NCBI GenBank assembly: GCA_017991395.1
Contig: JAGOQQ010000001.1
Coordinates: 97,864-161,863 of the forward strand
DNA: 64,000 bases
From: Minisyncoccota bacterium
GTDB lineage: Bacteria; Patescibacteriota; Minisyncoccia; Phycocordibacterales; UBA9973
Direction: 5' to 3'
In this document: piece after piece, positions 61,746 to 64,000 of the stretch
Layout: each line of letters opens with the position of its first letter
Position numbering within the stretch: the stretch's first letter is position 1
The notes under the pieces: model-generated
Database searches by the model: none
What the model saw: the letters and a program-made list of their open reading frames with translations, nothing else
Told to the model about the DNA's origin: nothing
Program-made: the position numbers and the translations under genes

Positions 61746-62720
61746 ATGTCGGAGCAAATAAATTCATTTCTACACACACCTGAAACAATTGAAGTCACCT
61801 CAAAATATGATGACACTGTATCCGAATTTCTAAACGACCAAATTTTACACGTAGACGAGGAGTCGGTGCGCAAGGTGACACACTTCGCCGAACATGAATA
61901 TGAGCCACTACTTCGGGAAAAAGTGTTGAGTAAAAAAAGTCCCAATACGGTTTCATACGACAAATATAAAAAATCTTTTTCAGTTCAAGGAAAAAGTATT
62001 TCACCAGGAGAAATAGTAGCCTCACGACATTTCACAAATGATATTTCAATTCCAGATTCTACACAGGTAAGTGGTGCAGGGAAAGGTGTGTTTGAAAAAT
62101 ACATAGAGCTTTCAACCAAAGATGTACTCACCGAAGAACTCAACAAAACACTCGCCAAAAACCTAGCCAAAAAAACAAAAAGGGAAGATGCGCGCAAATC
62201 AATAGCATATTCTGAGGTCGAAGCTCGTTCGGGTATCACAAGTGAACAGCTTGGAATCAAAGCAGAAAAGCTCATGATAGGTGTCGCAGAAATGATTTCT
62301 ATAAATAGACCAGACTTACATATTTCGGTTCGCGCCGGAAATGCATACGAAGACGTGCAAGAAAAAATTGATTTCATTATTGATGTTCGCTCAAAAAAAC
62401 GAGGTGTGGAAATTGAGACGAGAGACGAGGTTTTTGATGAAAAACATTTTGGAATACAATTCACCATCAATGCTTCAAAACAGGATTTTAAAAAAGACCA
62501 GATCGAGAAATCAAAAAATCGTGGCACTGAAATGGATGACATACTTCTAGTCACAATGGAGCAAGACATGCTACGCAAAGCACTGAATTCATGGAAAGAA
62601 AAAGGTTCGCCCCTTCACGGACCATGGGCAGAATTTTCAAAAGAATCTCAACATAAAGTCATTACGGCATTATTTGAAAACATTCTAAGCGAAGCAGAGC
62701 TTGCGAGTCTCACAAAATAA
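61746..62720 (+). CDS. hypothetical protein (324 aa)
   Basis: ORF with terminator. Confidence 0.4.
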   Translation: MSEQINSFLHTPETIEVTSKYDDTVSEFLNDQILHVDEESVRKVTHFAEHEYEPLLREKVLSKKSPNTVSYDKYKKSFSVQGKSISPGEIVASRHFTNDISIPDSTQVSGAGKGVFEKYIELSTKDVLTEELNKTLAKNLAKKTKREDARKSIAYSEVEARSGITSEQLGIKAEKLMIGVAEMISINRPDLHISVRAGNAYEDVQEKIDFIIDVRSKKRGVEIETRDEVFDEKHFGIQFTINASKQDFKKDQIEKSKNRGTEMDDILLVTMEQDMLRKALNSWKEKGSPLHGPWAEFSKESQHKVITALFENILSEAELASLTK

Positions 62721-62747
62721 AATCACCCGAACACTCGGGTGATTTTA
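62719..62747. terminator. bidirectional terminator
   Basis: aaatcacccgaacactcgggtgatttt. Confidence 0.65.
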
Positions 62748-62748
62748 T

Positions 62749-63252
62749 TTACATTTTGATTTCTTGATATGGGATACCGTTTCGTATAATCAAAGTAATT
62801 TCATTCATTTTATTCTGCGCCTCTATAAGTAGGTCACGTTTATTTTCTATATCTTCTATTGTCCAATCGTGTTCAAATATTTCTTTTACCGCCGTGATTC
62901 TTTTGTCTATTTCTCCAACAATGAGTTCATTGGATTCATTTACAGGATTTTGGAATTCTGAAGCAGGGAATCGCTCGGCGTATGTTTTCAATCCTTTATC
63001 CTTGATCATTTGAAATGAATGGAGTATTTCATCAATATCATCCTGTTCTTTAATATCAAAGTGTCCTGAAAGTACCAAATTCAAAATACCAAGTGGAAAT
63101 TGATACGCGTTTATAAAATCTGCACTTACTTTAGATTTTTCCTCTATTTGCACCATCTCCTTTAAAGGGACCTGTGGTGGCCATTCATTCATTTTCATAT
63201 ACCACCAGTATACCGTTCTAGATAGAAAATAAAAAGTGCCTTCTGTTTTCAT
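62749..63252 (-). CDS. hypothetical protein (167 aa)
   Basis: ORF. Confidence 0.35.
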   Translation of the reverse strand: MKTEGTFYFLSRTVYWWYMKMNEWPPQVPLKEMVQIEEKSKVSADFINAYQFPLGILNLVLSGHFDIKEQDDIDEILHSFQMIKDKGLKTYAERFPASEFQNPVNESNELIVGEIDKRITAVKEIFEHDWTIEDIENKRDLLIEAQNKMNEITLIIRNGIPYQEIKM

Positions 63253-63283
63253 ACAGAAGGCACTTGTGTAAGCTTAAAATAAC

Positions 63284-63898
63284 TCACTGTTGTGCACCTT
63301 TTAGTGCGACACGAAGCCCTGCTTCATATCCAATCATTGGATTGACACGAGAACGCTTTTCACTGTTTGTTTCACCATCAATTTTGTAGTAAAAATTTTC
63401 GTACACACATCGTAGAAAAATTCCTACTCCAAGTTTTTCGTTGCCTGTATCAATATCGTTTGGGAAGTTGATATTGAGCTGAAGGGCAGTACTAAAAAAG
63501 ACGGGGAAGGATCCATCAAGCATCCAGTTGTCCCAACACACACCACCACCCACAATCACTGCAGGACCTGCAAATAATTTTGAGCGAGTGTCGCTAATCG
63601 AAATTCCAGTTGTTCCTTTGAGAACATAGAATCCTCTTCGGAGTGCAAATGTGTCAGATTCTTGACGAAGTACGTCTCTTTTTCCGGACATGGCAACACC
63701 AAGGAAACTGCTGCTATTGAATATTTCCTTTTGATATCCAAACCCAAAATGAGGTCTAGTACTTGCGTGCTCTCTTGGACTGTATCCGGTTCCGCCAAAG
63801 AGCTCAAATGCCGTGTGATTAGTCTGGGCATACACGATGCCTTGGGTCATACAGATACACAGTGTGTACAAGAGTGTACGTGATCGGTTACATTTCAT
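63284..63898 (-). CDS. outer-membrane beta-barrel-like protein (204 aa)
   Basis: Signal peptide plus alternating hydrophobic beta-strand pattern (FGFGYQK, GVAMSG, FYVLKGTTGISIS, GVGIFLRCVY, GYEAGLRVAL). Confidence 0.45.
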   Translation of the reverse strand: MKCNRSRTLLYTLCICMTQGIVYAQTNHTAFELFGGTGYSPREHASTRPHFGFGYQKEIFNSSSFLGVAMSGKRDVLRQESDTFALRRGFYVLKGTTGISISDTRSKLFAGPAVIVGGGVCWDNWMLDGSFPVFFSTALQLNINFPNDIDTGNEKLGVGIFLRCVYENFYYKIDGETNSEKRSRVNPMIGYEAGLRVALKGAQQ

Positions 63899-64000
63899 AA
63901 TATTCGTTTTTTGATTTATGTATAGATTACAGGAAACTACATCAAAGTCAATTATTGAATTTACAAATAGTTGACAATATATGATTAATGTGTATAATGT

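Noticed and set aside
1-64000. Alternative genetic code (UGA recoding as in Gracilibacteria/SR1)
   Set aside because: Very long ORFs (up to 1733 aa) and all housekeeping genes are intact under the standard code.

Overview
This is an AT-rich window from an uncultivated bacterium with a reduced genome; the standard genetic code fits because long ORFs are intact. Most genes (about 60 of 75 kb of coding sequence) lie on the minus strand.

Layout by region:
- 1-9.4 kb: two tandem paralogous giant surface proteins, one truncated by the window edge. Each carries an N-terminal signal anchor, a LamG/concanavalin-like domain, a large central domain, then FN3 and bacterial-Ig repeats.
- 9.5-11.5 kb: two secreted proteins whose C termini closely match the Bacteroidota-type T9SS C-terminal sorting domain (YPNPAS...D..G+.V...G.Y.+).
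- 11.7-13.5 kb: recJ, followed by a HIT protein.
- 14.8-28 kb: one long same-strand gene train. In transcription order it runs: an 816-aa Trp-repeat secreted protein, a 400-aa Gly-rich secreted protein, pilB, pilC, two prepilin-type pseudopilins, a PilX-like protein, tpiA and pgk.
- 28.8-43 kb: housekeeping genes. These are nusA, ppa, a trigger factor lacking its PPIase domain, clpP, rny and hup, plus a 793-aa secreted protein with glycoside-hydrolase-like motifs.
- Second half: four tRNAs (Gly-UCC, Pro-UGG, Arg-UCG, Gly-GCC), a macro-domain protein, a membrane fatty-acid desaturase, a GerMN-like protein, a YraN-family protein with an in-frame insertion, a CCA-adding enzyme, two tandem atypical SDR-like paralogs next to two receiver-like small proteins and a wHTH protein, a NUDIX hydrolase, lipoproteins, and OMP-barrel-like proteins.

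Non-coding structure:
- A composite repeat family is dispersed at six or more intergenic loci, in both orientations. One copy has 19-bp terminal inverted repeats.
- There is a 52-bp perfect palindrome. The motif GTTWCAYGTGDAAC occurs six times around the yraN-like gene.
- The tRNA-Gly 3' end is duplicated, with a tandem structured repeat beside it.
- A heptanucleotide microsatellite lies upstream of pilB.
- A recurring GC-rich hairpin family is present, along with many rho-independent terminators.
- Most genes lack Shine-Dalgarno sequences.

No rRNA, CRISPR array or obvious transposase was seen. Phylogenetic placement is uncertain. The T9SS C-terminal domains, OMP-like barrels and SD-less starts point towards the FCB/Bacteroidota superphylum, while the compact type IV pilus locus and giant adhesin-like proteins suggest a surface-attached or episymbiotic lifestyle. 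Coordinates of RNA genes and hairpins are accurate to about ±3 bp.
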